From: the human T2T-CHM13v2.0 reference genome, Homo sapiens
NCBI RefSeq assembly: GCF_009914755.1
Contig: NC_060946.1
Length of the DNA stretch: 64,000 nt
Direction: 5' to 3' (one strand)
Below the pieces are notes generated by a model. The model ran no database searches. It was not told the origin of the DNA and worked only from the letters and a program-made list of their open reading frames with translations. Shown here piece after piece: positions 48,902 to 63,390 of this stretch (its first letter is position 1; every line of letters begins with the position of its first letter). Both the position numbers and the translations under genes were made by a program.

Positions 48902-51900
48902 GGGGAATGGTCCTCACTGCCTCCTCCAGATTTTCTGCCCTGAGTTGTGAGGACAGCACAGCTTGGGCTCTGTCCACAGCTTTTACTGGGAGCCTGAGGC
49001 TCCGTCACTCACTCGGCTGCTTTTTCCTGTGCTGGATGAAGCCCAGGAGCTGGCTGTGCAGGTGTGTCTGGGATTTCATGGGCATAGATGACTCCAGGAC
49101 AGCTCCTTAAACACCAAGCTCAAGCAGGTATTGCCAGCTAAATGAGGTCAATTCCTGGCAGTGGATCTCAGGGCGCCGGCCTTGGACCCCACCTGCTTGC
49201 CCACCCCCAGCAGGCAGAGACCTTTCTAGAAGGTCACAGATGCTGCTGCGGGATGGATCGGGTCCCAACCCTGGCTGGGAGTGATGCCCGACAAGCTGCT
49301 GTAATTCTCAATTCTGCTCCGGAGGCCTTGGAGATGCTGCAGGCGGGCAGGTGGGGTTGGGGGTCAGCGTCACAGGAGGGGAAGGCCACCCATGGGGGCA
49401 CATAGGGGCTAGTGTGAGCCCTGCATGAGGATTAACAGGGCATGCATTGCAATACAGAGCACGAAGCTGCTGTGACCTTCCCCTCTGATCGCTGTCACAG
49501 GGCCTAGCCTGCACGTAGCCTCCTGGGCAGGCACACCCCTGGACCCCTCCCTGGTGCTCTGCTGGAGGCCACGCTGGGCTCTGGAATCTTACTGCACAGA
49601 GCTCCTGGAGACCCACCCTCAACCCTTTGGCCCCCTCTTCCTTCCTGGGTCCTGGAGGGGGCTGTTAGGGGGCATGAGGCCACGCAGCCCTTGAGCACCT
49701 ACTGTGTGCAAGGGCCTGGCGTTTGTGAAGCAGGCTGCGGCCATCCTGGGTGGGAGTCAGGGAATGGGGGTCCCGGAAGTGCTGGCTTTTCTGGTGGCTG
49801 TGGGGGATCAGGGGGCCTTGCTGTGTATCTGTGAGCTGAGCCATCCTCTGAGGGGCTGAGCGCTGGCAGGAACCTATCACGTTTCCCAGGGGCAGGGTTG
49901 GGCATGAGAAGCCCTATCCTGCCTCTCAGCTAGGCCATGTTTCATACCCCACAGATGCTTTGGAGGTGACAGATCTGGGTCAAGACTGGCCTTCCTGGTG
50001 ACCAGCCTTCAGATGGACACTGGGCGGCAGGTGTTCCTGGGCTGCCATGGCTGGTCTCCTGTGCTGGTCCCCAGAGCAGCCTTCCTCTCCCCTCCCCAGA
50101 CACCCCATCCTCTGCCGAGGCCTGTGAGCACCTGCTGTGTGCCCACCTTTTGCTTAAACCCCAGGACGGCCTTACCCAGATGGGGAGCCTTGGTTGGATT
50201 GAAGGGGCTTGCTGGAGGTGCAGGGGGAGGGGAGGTCAGAGCCCACATGCATCCTGAGCTCCCTCATCTTCCACACCCCATGCTCATCCCCCCAACCTGG
50301 CCCCAATGCTATCAGCCCTTAGCTGGGGGAGGGCGGACCCCGGGGACCTCAGAGGCAGGGCTCCTGCAAGCACTTTGCTGCACATGTCTCTGTTCCTGAA
50401 AATGCCCCAACCCCACCAGGGCAGCAGGCAGCAGGGTCTGTGGGAAAGTCAGGAGCCCCGCTGATGGTCCTGAGGGGCCACCCCAGCCTCAGGAGGAGGA
50501 CCTGCCCTTCTCAGGGCCCTGCTGTTGCTCCTTCAGCTCGCCTCCTCCATGCTGGCCTCCGGGCTGCTCACACGAGGATTAGAGGCAGGAATGAAGAAAA
50601 CCAAAGTCAGACCACTACCAGGACCAGGGTACAAGAGACCAGGCCTGGACACCACTTATGGCTGGGGGCCTTGGGCTGGTCAGCGCCTCCCCCTCAAGGC
50701 ATATACACAGTGGATCGGTAAAGGCTGTCCCATCTGGGGCTGTGTCAGGCCTCTGTGGGAGGAGGCATGTGGCGGGCCCAGCTCAGTTGATGGATTCAGA
50801 CCCATGCATTTGGCCAGCCCTAGTCAGGGAACATTGCAGCCACTGCCTGCCCAGCACTGGGCAGGAGGAAGTGTCCTTTCTAAGAGTGGAGGGAGCTCCT
50901 GCTCTCAGGCCTCAGAAACGAGGTGCTAAGGGGGCTTTCAGGCAGCAGCCTCAGGCAGGAGGAGCTCCCATGCCATGCGAATGGCTTTGCCCAGACACCG
51001 GGTGGCTCAGGCAGGTCACTCTGCCTTCTGTGTCCTCCTCCTTGGTGGGCTGGTGGGCTGAGCCAGGAGTCGGGCTTGGGGCCTGTTCCAGGCTTGCAGG
51101 CAGGAACAGGCCCGGGACACCCCAGAGACAATATTGATGCTGTTTCTGCCCAAACAAATGCCAGCTACTAATTCCGGTCTCTGTTGGAAACACAGAAATC
51201 AATGCTCACAGAACAGGGAGGCTGGCCCTCGAGGAGCAGTGTGGTGTTGGGTCCCCAGGCAGTGATTACGACAGGACAGGCAGGCAGGAGAACAGAGCTC
51301 TCGACCTTAGACACGTCCCATGCGGCCCTCACCTGGCGACCTGGACTCGGCAGCACGTTGGGGGTCAGAACAGTGGGTTCTCAGGGACCTGGCCTCGGGG
51401 GGCACCCGTCATCCCTCAGCACCCTCCCCTGCAAAAGGGAAGCAGGGCCTGGACATGACCCCCAACCCTGGCTCCTGCCACATTCCCCTGACTTTATTTA
51501 CCACCCGAGAGACTCATAAATAATAGTTGAGGGGTCAGTGAGCGAATGAACTAGCCAAAAAACCAGCTGGGGAATGCGTGTGCAGGTGGAGAGAATGGGC
51601 GCTGGGCCTGCCTGGGCACAGGTTCACGGGCCTCTGGATGCAGCTCACCCCGTGGGAGCCCACAGCCCTGCAGGCCGGGCAGCCTGAGGGCCAGGACAGC
51701 CCCACCCTTCTCTCAAGGTGCTGGTCCAGGGCCTGTTTCCCCATCCATGTAGCATTCTTGATCTCTGGGTCCTACCACGTCCCTTGGATCTCAGGCTCCC
51801 AGCCAGGAGGGGCTCCCACCACCATCTCATGACCTTCTGAAACCCCAGCGCTGGGTGTGCACCTTCTTGCCAGGCTCCATGGGCAGCAAGCACCCGCCCC

Positions 51901-52304
51901 TGGCCTGCTGGGCACTGCACCCAGGAGGTGCCCAGTACTTGCTGGGACAGCTGTCTTCTGCTATGTCCTGGGCTCGTGTCCTGCCTGCAGCTTCCGGGCT
52001 GGGGAGCTTGGGCAAGGCTCTTGGCCTCCCCCACCCCCACCTTGGTATCCCTCAACCCATCCCCCTGGACATGGGGTTGGTGCCTCTATTGGAGGAGGTG
52101 GTAGGTCAGGCAGCCTCTGGCCCGCAAAGTCGGCCCTGGGTCCACCAGCCGCCCCTCTGCCCTGCCTTTCCTGGGTCCCGCCTTCCCTTTCTAGGGCTAT
52201 GGCTGCTTGTGGACAAGCGTCTCACGGGTAGGAAACGGGACCTCTGAGAGCTCCTGTCCTGGCTGGGTCCTCAGCATGTGGGTCTGTGAGCCAGGTCCAC
52301 GCCA

Positions 52305-52365
52305 GGCAAGGGTTTTTACCTCTCTGAGCCTCGGTTTCCTCGTCTGTAAAAATCAGTGAGGGGAT
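52305..52365 (-). mobile_element. MIR core fragment
   Basis: CCTCTCTGAGCCTCGGTTTCCTCGTCTGTAAAA is the MIR core. Similar cores near 15905, 45460, 46200, 54050 and 59920. Confidence 0.7.
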
Positions 52366-55300
52366 GTCTCCTTGTTGCACACACAGCAGGACTGAGATTA
52401 GAGCCACAGCCTGCCCCACCCCAGCCCCTGGTCAGGTGGGGGTGCTGCCATCTCCCAGCAGCCTGCCCAGGCCCCTCCCTCACCTGTTCCGAGACTTCCT
52501 GGCCCCACATGGGCACCCGGCATCCTTGTGGGCTCACCACAGCCTGATGCTGCCCACAGCCCATCTGTGTGGCCTGGCAGGGGGCCCCACAGCTTGGAAA
52601 TGCCGGTATCTCCTTGCAGACCCCAGGTCAACACTGTAGATTCTTCCCTCTTCTGTCATGGACCCCAGGAAGGAGGGTGGGTGGGGCCCTGGGCTGGTGC
52701 ACCGCCCCAGAAGCCCTCAGCTCCTGGCAGGACCCCCCTCCCCCTGCAGGCCCTCCCCTGGGAGCAGCTGCTTCCCTGTTCATTCCAGGCTGGGTGGGGA
52801 CCCCCAGGATGGCCCTTTCTCTGCAGTCTGTGGGCCTAGGGTGGGGGTGGCCCTGGCCAGGCCCTGTATGGCCTCCCAGGCTTCCCCTTCACCCACTCGT
52901 TGTGGGCATGTGACACATTCATTCTAACTACAAACTGACACCCACTCACTGAGGGCATTGAAAAACCGGAGAGCCCCAGGAGCCAGGTCACGTGGTGACC
53001 CCGACAGAGACACCCCACAAGGGTGTCCCAGCCAGGTAGAGTGGCCCTGGGTGGGGGAGGCTTTTAGGTTGGATGCTTGGTTAGGCACCTGCCAGGTGAA
53101 CCTCAGCTGGGGGCAGAGAACCTGGGGCCAAAATCTGGGGGCCGTGGTCCTGGGGCGCTTCCCTGGGCCCCACTGCAGGCACATGCCCTCCCACCACGCG
53201 GGGGAGCTCCCCCTGCCCGTGAGCCCTGCTTGCACTTCCTCACCCGTCCTCACCCTGCCCCAGCCTCCAGCCCGCCCTGGAGCAGGCTCTGTCCCTCAGG
53301 CCCTCTTGGCCATGGGGTCAGCCTGGTGCCTGCTATTTTGCCCTCAGGACCCCTTTCTCCTGACCCCTGCCAGGAGCCCTCAGCATTCACTGAGTTTTGG
53401 AGGAGCTCCCTAAACACAGCTGTGTTCACTCTGGAAGGCTGAGATGTGGGGGCAGGTGCGGGTGGGGTAATGATGTTGGGTGGGCTGGCAGTGGAGCCAG
53501 AGAAGGCCCTCCCAGGACGAGGGCGCAGGGGGCCGGAGGGGAGGGCACTCGGGCCCTGCTTGAGATTGAACTCAGTTACTGAGCAGCCAGTCTGCCAAAG
53601 TCTGATCTCCCGGCTTTCATTCTACATTAAAAATTGATCTGAGATGGGAGAAGTGAAGGCAGTGGCCATGCCACCGAGAAACACTAGCTGTTCTCTGAGG
53701 CTGCTGGAGACACAGCCTCCTCCAGGAAGGCTCCCAGAGGCAGCTCCAGACCACCAGGCCCGCTTCCTCCATGCTCATCTGCCCCACGCTTGCCTCAGAC
53801 TCCTGGCAGATCACTAACCCCTCTGAGCCCCCAGCCAGGCCTGGATGGGTTTGTGTTTGCATGAGGAGGCCCTGGTCCTCACAGGCTCCCCCTGTAGCCA
53901 GGGCAGTCCATCTCATCCTCACCCCCGTCCACTCTGCCGGGGCTCCTCTGTCCCTGAGTTCTGCCTGAGGGGCTGAACCACCAGCCTCGGGGCGGGGGAA
54001 GCCCACTGCACACCACCTCCCTGACATCCCGGGACATCTTGCAGAGAAGGAAACTGAGGCTTAAGAGAGGAAACAGTGTCTGCACAGGGCACAAAGCCAC
54101 AGAGCCGCCTTCTGCACAGCTCCCACCTGCACCTGCGTCTCCAGGGGAGCTGGGATTTTCCAGGAGTAGGTCCTCAACTCTTGGGCATGTAGCTGGGCCC
54201 TTCCCGACCCTCAGAGGAGAGCAGGAGCCACGGGACAGGAGTAGACATGAAGAAGCCTCCACAGGGTTGGGCTTGCCCAGGGCAGCCTGTGGCCAGCGCT
54301 GGGGGTCACGGCCCCAGTGGCCTTCCGAGGGAATGGACAGGTCTGCCCCATCTCTCGCCTTGGCTCAGGCTCTGTGTGTGCTCACTCAATGCAGCCGCCA
54401 GCTGCTGCTCCCCCACGGGGTCTCGCTCACTGCATGCGGGCTCTGCTGCTGCTGTCGGTCCTTGGCCTTGAGAATTCCTCTCTGGGAATGCGTGTTTCTC
54501 TCTGTGAACATGTTTTGCCTTCTACAGGCCTCCTTAGCCTCATCAGAGACTCCTGAAATGAGTTTCCCGGTCCTGTGTGGGCCAGGGGCCACCCGCCTCT
54601 CCAGACCCCCAGGGCCCATAGTGGCCTGTCCTTCTGTCCTGCGGCCTCGGGCCCCTGGGGTGTGGGGGGGGGTCTCCTGTCCTTCCCCTGAGCCCTGGGG
54701 CACGGGGACCCCTGGGTGGATGCCCCTCATCCTCATCCAGTGCGCTTGCTGCCGGCCCCAGGCCCACCGCGAGGGGCCCTGTGGAGTCGAGACAGGAGCC
54801 CACCTATAGGCCCTGTGTGGCCTGGAAGGTGGGGATGCCAGGGGAGCTCTCCTGCAACACCCCTGACTTCCAGACTCCCCTGAGGGAGGGACTTCCACAG
54901 GGAAATTAACCCCGGACGAGCTTGGTTCCCAGGAACTCACTTCGAGCCTCCAGGAAACAAACAGCCCCAGAGGGCAGGACACTCGGTGTCCGAGGCACAG
55001 GAGTGAGCAGGGTCTCCTGGGCACCGGTGACCTCCACCAGCTCATCCTTTGTCCACACCTGGGTGGGCTGTCCCTGGCGGGCTCTCAGGGTAGAGGCGGG
55101 GGCTGGGTGGGGGCAGAGCAGGTGCAGAGGCTGGTGAGGCCTGCTGGGTGGGAGGTGGGGGTGACCGCTCTCTGGCTGCCTTGACTCCATTCATCAGCCT
55201 GCAGACCCCCCTCTCCAACCCCCAGTCTTTGAAGCCACAATAAATATTGATTTGGGCAAATCGATGCATTTCCGAGGGCCTGGGTCGATAGCAAAGTTAC

Positions 55301-57044
55301 AAGGATCCGGGCAAAGTCATTCACGTGCCCAACTCCAGCTCTGAGAAGAGCCTGGCTAGAGCTAAAAGGTGACTGGCCATGTCCCGGGTGCCAGTGCCAC
55401 CAGCTGGGCTACCCCAAGGGATGGGCAGTGTGGCCCCTCACTCTCACCTGGCCACAGCCAAGCTGGGGTTGACCGTCAGAGTCCGGCTGCCTGTCTCTGC
55501 GTCTCCCCGTGTCTGCCCCCTGCCCAGCTCCTGGCTGCATGGCTGCCTCTCCCCGTCCTGTCTGGGTGTCTTCCCGCCTGGATCCCAGACACTCTTATGG
55601 GGCGCTTGGCACTGGGATCTGAGCAGTTCTGCACATGGTAACCACGGGTCCAGGGTAGAGCTGAGGGCCCTCATGCGACGCCTCCCTCGGGCTCTCACAG
55701 TGGCCCCTGCCCCTAGATGGGAACTCATTGCTTCCTAAGCTGCCTCTTCCATCTCCACCCGCAGCAGTGCCTCACCCTGACCCTGGGCCACAGAGGGGAC
55801 ATCTCCCCAAATGCACACACCAGCCTTGGCCTGCTTAAGGTCACCTGGCCATCTCCCCGCTCTGGCCTCAGCCTCTGTGTTTCTGCTGTCTTCTCTGACT
55901 CCCCGTGGGGTCTGTGGAGACCTGACCACTGCGGCCCCACCTGGGTGCTGTTTCGCACGTGGCTCCCTCTGCTCTGTCCACCGTCCACAGTTCAGCCCTT
56001 CATCCAAGCCCCCCAAGTGCCTGAACTGCCCTCTCTAGAGGGCAAGGCTGGGGCCCAGGACCCTGGGAGGAGGTGCCTGTCCTCTGAGTCCTCCTAAGCC
56101 AGAGGCTGGGCAGGGATGCGCTCAAGGGCGGTGGGCATCTGGGCTGAGCCCTGCACCCTCTTTTCTCCTGACATCCCTTGCCTCCCCCCACCCCGCCTGG
56201 TCTCCCTCCCTCTCTAATCATTTCTCATGGCTCCAACCCACTCTGCCTTTCTTCCTCTCCTCGAACTACAAGGCTGGGTCTGGTGCACTCTGGTGGGGCC
56301 ACCTTATTTATGAGAATTTGGGAAATGCAGATGTGATGTTTCCAGCTAATAGCCCCAAATCACTTGCACCGCCCCATTAGCGGGGAAACCAGCCTGTGTA
56401 CATTACATACCACCTAAGTGGGAGCCGAGACAGCGGTTTTATGACCCCATAAAACTTTGGGAGTTTATTGCTATTGAACAAACATGTAATCCGATGCTTC
56501 AAGTTCAATATATATAGCCAGCAGCATCTAGAGCCAACCATGGCCGTGGCTCCTACAGCTGGGCCAAGCTGCTGAGACATCTAGGGGATTTGGAGCCGAT
56601 TGGCAATTGATCTGCTGTAGGACAGGGGCAGGATTTATGGTGGCCTTGCAGGGCTGGTCCTTCTGCATACTAAACAGTCCAGAGGACAGCAAGGGGAGGG
56701 CAGCCGCCTGGAGCCCAGGGCAAGTGGCTGCTTGTGGGCTGCTGGGGCAGAGCCTTTAGCAAAGGGGTATCCACCTTGAGGACCTGCCCCTGTAAAAACC
56801 CAGCTTCCTTGGAGACTCAGCTGCGGTGGGAGCCATGCAGAAGGTGGCCCTGTGGCTGTGTGCCCTGCCCTTCAAGAGGCACCATTGCCTCCTGAAGCCT
56901 GTTTCCTTGTCTGCAAGATGTCCCAGGATGGTTTGTTGCCCAAGAGGTGGCCCAGCAGAGCTCCTGGAAGGAAGGGGCAAACACACAGGCCAGAGCAGCG
57001 GTCAAATGGCTAAGCCTTATCCACCAGAGCCCCTCACCCAGCTC

Positions 57045-57680
57045 CCATTCATCCACTGTCCACCATCCATTCATCTAAACACCCATCTATCTAACCATCC
57101 ATCCTTCTACCCATTGATCCTTTCACCCATCCACCTGCCACTGATTTATCCATCCATCCCTCCACCCATATACCTATCCATCCATCCATCCATCCATCCA
57201 TCCATCCTTTCATTCATCCATCCACCTGCCCATCCACCTGCTCACCCATCCATTCATGTGTCCATCCATCTATCCATCCATTTACTCACCTGTCCATCTC
57301 TCTATTCATCCACTCACTCATCCATGCATCTATCCACCCATCTGCTAGTCCATCTGCTCATCCGTCCATCCACTCATCTATCCATTCATCCATCCCTCCC
57401 ACCATTCATTCCTCTATTTGTCCACCTGTCCACCTACCATTCATCCACATAGCCATCTCTCTATGCACCCATCTGTTCATCCCCCATCTACTCACCCATC
57501 CATTTTCACCTACTCACTGTCCATCCACCCACCTGTCCATTCACCCACCTATCTGCCCATATACTTGTGTGTCTGTTCACTCATTCATTCACCCTCCATT
57601 CATCTGCCCATATACTTGTATGTCTGTTCACTCATTCATTCACCCTCCATCCATCTGCCCATCTGGCCTTCTATCCTTTC
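57045..57680. repeat. Degenerate (TCCA)n simple repeat with an internal ~51-bp duplication
   Basis: CCATCCATCC-rich; CCATATACTTGT.TGTCTGTTCACTCATTCATTCACCCTCCAT occurs twice (~57557 and ~57608). Confidence 0.9.
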
Positions 57681-58767
57681 CCTCAAAGCTGCCCCTTGTC
57701 CAGGGACAGGGCTGTCCTTATAGTCGCAGAGATGATTGGAGCCTGAGAGAGCCAAGGTGACTTATCTCACCTTGCAGAAGGTGCTGGCATTATTGCTTGC
57801 TCAGGACACCCGCATCCTCTTGCCCTGGGCTTCACACTCCAGGAATGCCTTTCTCATGTCTGTGCTGCATATACTTATTGTAAGTAAAGGAGAACCTCAT
57901 GGCCGATGATAGTTTGTTCATTTCCTCCCAGTCTTATTGTGTGCACCTATTCTTTCTTCCAAGTTCACAGTCTCTCTGGGCTTGTATGGCGTGCATTTCA
58001 CTCACCACAGATGTCTCTTCGGGGCTGGTCCATGGTGTTACTCTCCCAGCATTGACTTAAACATTTCCCCACTGTTGGATAGTGTAGCTGTTTCCACCTC
58101 TTTGTGGTTATAAATGTGCTGTGGTCATTATCTGAGCTGGCAGAGTGAAGTCCGCCCCTCTACGTGTTTAATTAGCATAGACTCCAAGAGGGGGCATTCA
58201 TGGGTTAAGCATCTCATGACTTGGGACACCCCTTGTCCGATGACAAAAACCTGGCCCTGTGATCCCTGCCCTCAGTGGAGGAGGGAGGGCCTTCCGTGGT
58301 GCCCGGCCGGAGGGGCTGGGATGTGTTCACTGTGAGTCTGGTGGGTCTCACATGTAGGCAGAGTGGGGACAAGGCAGCCTGCTCTGTGGCGTGTCCCATG
58401 GCGTCCGGGTTGCCTTGTCTGCAGTTCACTCACATTGCCCTTGGTGTTGCTGCTTCAGATAAGTTCCTGCCGTGTTAATGCTATTAATTTTTTGTCATGT
58501 TAGTGTCAAAAATTTACCCGCCTCATTTCTTGTCTTTTAGCTTGATGTTTTCCTTTGAGCCACCTGAGAATTTAGCTTCCACACAGTCAAAGTGAACTCA
58601 TCCTTCCCTTTATTCTTGGAAAGTTCCTTCTCACCAGGGATTCGGTAAATATTTGCTTCTGTTTACTTCCTGTTCCTTTCAATGGTTTAAGTTATTTTCT
58701 GTCAGCATCAACTTATTCCCCAGCCCATATCCGCAGGCCTCACACTCTAATTAAGAGGATGCCCTAT

Positions 58768-59190
<423 letters not shown>

Positions 59191-62100
59191 CTGCCTAAAC
59201 TTTTCTCAATAGCCTCAAGGCTGCAAATAAGACCTGCCCCTGGCCTCAGTGACTTGGTGGCACAGACGTGCAAAGCACAGAACGCAGAAATTCAAGTCAG
59301 GGCTGAGGACTGGGGGTGGATGGGGGCCTGCTGGGGGGCTGGGGGAGAGAGTGGCAGGGTGAGCTGGGGACATTGGAAAACTCTTGCAGCTGTGACTGAT
59401 GATGGTGGGCAGGTGTAAGGGGTGGCTTTTCGGGGGAGGCACATTTTGGCACTGGGTTATGTGCTTCAGCACCAGGAGCAGGGGTGAGGTAGCAGACGGA
59501 GGGGAGGAGGCCATACACCTGGGCAGGGGCTGGATGGGACTGGCTGACAGCTGACCTCCCTCCTGTGCCCAGAGAGCCACAGCCTGCTCGGTGGCCCGCA
59601 TGGGATGAAACCTTTGTGGTCCCAGCTTCTGATCACTGGAGGTGAGAACTAGTTTTTGAGAGACGGGAGCAACTGCTGAAGACCCAGGGGCTGGGGCACG
59701 GCCCAGCGTTTGCTTTTGAGAGCTTCGCCATGGCCCGTGTGGAGAGGACAGCAACCACCAGGGAGGGGGCTGGGTGCCCCAGCCTGTCTGCCAGCTTCTG
59801 AGCCCCACCTGCGTCTGCACCTACTGGAGACAGCTGGGTGGGCTCTAACCTGGATGGTCCTGGGTGGGAATCCCAGCTCTGCCTCATGTGAGATGAGGGC
59901 TGAGCCTCTGCTCATCTTAGAACCTCAGTTTTGTCACCCATACAATGGGATGGTCAGTTAGCAAGGAAACGCGTGTAGGTGCCCCGTGTAGTGCCGGCTG
60001 CCTGGGAGGCGCTCCCAGAATGTTTCAGAGGTGATTCTTCTCAAGGACTTCCTGGGCCCCTTGGTCATAAGGCTCTGAATTCCCAGCCTCTGGCCTGAGT
60101 GCCACAGACCCTAGAGGGTTCCTGGCCACTCCTGGGGTCTGTGTGGACCTCGCTGCTTAAGGCCCCCCGTGTGCACTGAAGCGCGACACCCCGCACGCAG
60201 GGGCCATCAGGTCTTTGGGGATTGATAGAATTAAGCCCATGGAATGTGCATTTGCTTGCTGTGAAGCCGCAACAATCTCGCTGCCACAGGGCAGAGGACG
60301 TTCTGAACTGAGTGTCCCCTCGGCTCCCTCACCGGCCTCCTGCACCAGCAGATGGTGCCTGATGTGGTGGCTGGCACTGGTGCCCCTTGCCCTCTGAGCA
60401 GCGGTACCATCAAAACCCATCTTCCCAGCAGCTCAGGATCACCGCGGTGGAGTTTCCAGTCGCAGATGCCCTTGGCAGGGGCTGTGGGACTGCAGGGGAG
60501 ACGGAGGTCTGGGCCCTACCATGTGGGGGCAGCATGCAGGAGGGGCCCATTCCTGCCCCCCGGCAATACAAGAAGCCTACGGGGGTGCCCAGGGGTCAGG
60601 GAAATGAGAGATGTGCTCACTGAGACCTAGCATGCTCACCCCCAGCTGCCAGAGGGGGTAGTTCCCAAAGAGGGGCAGGCCCTCAGAGTGAGCTCCTGTC
60701 CTGAGATGGGCAAGGGAATATTCCTGGGACACTGCAGAACTGTTACCAAGCCAGGCACAGATGGGGCCAGGCCCCTCGGCCTCTAAGACAAGGCCGGCCC
60801 ATGGATGGAGCACGATGGCCCTGACCTTGGGCACAGACCCGACGATTGAGTGAGATGGAGACACAGGCTTGGCTTGTCCCCAAGAAGAAAGAGGCACAGA
60901 AGCAGCTACAGAGTTTCTTGCTTCCCTGTTTGGGTTGCTGCTGGCTCAGGTACCACAGCTGGCAACAGAAACAGAGGTCAAGGCCCAGAGGGAGGGAGGG
61001 GTCGGGTCTGCTTTGTCCAGGGCTGGCTGGCCCCAGGAGGGCCCCGAAGCTGTGGCAGAAGCAGGTACCAGATGGTCAGTGTAGCACTGTGGCTAGCACC
61101 CAAAACTGGACATGGGCTGGGAGCAGCCTGAGATGCAGGGCAGAGGACAGCAAGCCACGAGTCTGAATGGCCCCTGTTCTGGAGGCAGTGCTGGGAGGTG
61201 GAGGCTGGAGGGGGTGTCTCGCAGAGCCTGGTCTGCTGAGACATAGGCTGGGACAGGCTGCTGGGTGTACTGTCCCTGGGAAGTGCAAGGTGGCGAGTCA
61301 GGAAGGCCCCAGGAGCAGGGTTGGGGCAGGAGCCAGTGAGCAGGGCAGGACCCTCATCTGGAGGGGCTGGGGGAGGTCTCCAGTCTGGGATGGGGGTGTT
61401 CCCGGCACCAGCCCAGTGTTTCTGGTGCAGCAGCCACGTCATTATGGTTGGAATGTGACCCCATTAGCCCTGGGGCGGGGCTGTTCAACATCCTGAGGAT
61501 AATTGATCAGAGGGAGGAGGGGCTGCACCGCTTCCTAGCAGGTTGAGTTAATTATCAGCCTGCATTAGCACTTGACCTGTGGCATGTGTCAACTCATTAC
61601 TGCTAATTGCAGGGACTCAGTGACCTCTCCGAACTTCTGTCACCCCTGTCACGGCCCCTGCCCTGTGGAGGCCTGTGGAATGGGAAGTGGGGAGGGGAAG
61701 GAGAAGGGGGCGGAGTCAGCCGGAGCCTCCTGGCCAGGCCTGGAGTCACCCTGTCCTGCCACAGCTCTCATGGGTTTAGAGTGGGCCCTGGGGCAGAGGG
61801 TTTGCAAGGATAGGGGTGGGTGGCTCTGCCGAGGGCGGTGTTCTGAGTAGGTCTCATTCCCCAGTCTGCCCAGCCTGGCCCCACCCCAGCTCTGCTGCCC
61901 TGTTACTTTGTCCCCCTGTGTTCACCCTCCACTTCCTGCCGGGGACACTCCAAGGCCTGCCAAGGTTGGAGCAGGGGTGGGACTCAGCCATTCAACAAAC
62001 GCTTCCTTGGTTATGCAGGGCTGGGCATTGGGGTGGGGGGCTGACCTGGACCCTCCAAGACATCAGATTGTCCAACTGCTCAGTTTTCATTGGGGCAAGT

Positions 62101-63390
62101 GCCTCGCTGAGGGTGAAGGGGGCTGTGAGTGCCCATCAGGGAGCCTGGACAGGTCCCGCCTCTCACAGCTGTCCCACTCTCTGGAGCTGCCTTGGTGGCA
62201 GATGGCACTGTCCTAGAAAGGTGAGGCTGGAGCTGTCTCTTCCACCAGGGGTGGCCAAGGACGCTTCCAGGGTCTTCCATGCAGGCCTCCAGGGTCACCC
62301 TGGGCGTGGCTGAGGGCATGCAGACCACGCTGTGCTCCCCCCCACCCCCCATGCCCGTCGCTTGCCTGACATGCTCCTCAGCTGTCTTGCCCCGCAGAAG
62401 CTGTGTGGTCTCCCCTGTGAGTAGAGTCGGGCTCCATGATCCTCCGGAGCAGCGCCAGGGACTCTCCCCAGGCACAATTTTAAAGGGGGCCCTAGGACCT
62501 GCCAGGTCCACGGAAGTGGTGCTTGTAACTCTCTCCCTGGTGGCAGCCTCTGGTGCATTCCGGCAGGGGCAGCCCCTCCTCATCACAGGGACCCTGTGTG
62601 CCAGGCCCCAGCTGCGTTGCCGCTGAATTATGGATTTAATAGCAGAGAAGCCTTGCAGGCCGCCTGTGCTGGCTCGGGAAACCGGGGCCCAGCCGGGGCC
62701 TGTCACGGTCCTGGTGCCGCCCTGCTTCCTGTCGGCGCCACGGAGCAAGCGGAGAGATTTATCTTCCCGGCTTTACCAGGTACTAACGGAGGAGGCTGAG
62801 AGGCAGGAGCTGAATAATTGATGGCCTTCTCTGGCTCAGGATCTGCTGAAAATGACACGGTGCAAGGCAGAGGGGCTGAGAGTGCTGACCACAAAATGCT
62901 GAGAAGCCACTCCAGGGCGGTCACGGCCAGAAGGAGGACCCCCACTCAGGACGGGGTCACAGGCATTTGGGGCGGGTGTCAGAGGCTCCTGCCCTGGGTC
63001 ATTCCAGGGGGCCAGGATACCCAGAAGCTGGGCCTAGAGGCCCACAGGGCTGGCTCACCCCCACTTCCCTCTCACACGCCTGCCATCACCGGTGCTTCAG
63101 CCCAGCAACCCCATGGCTCGTTGGCCCCGTCCACAGCCCCCACTGCCTCCTGTGTGCTGGGCGTGGGCCTCTGAGCTCTACTCTCAGCCTCCTTAGCCCC
63201 AGGAGAGGAGTGGAGGACAGGGGTTTAACGTGGGGTGTGGTGCGGAGCGGGGAGGGCTGTGGCGCCCCCTCAGCCCCTCCTTTCCTAACAGCCTCAGCCT
63301 CCCCCCTGGAGAATCCCCTACCTGCTGGGCACATCTGGCCTCTCCCCAACATTCTGTCTCCAGCCGGGAGATCTCTACCCAGTGAAACAG

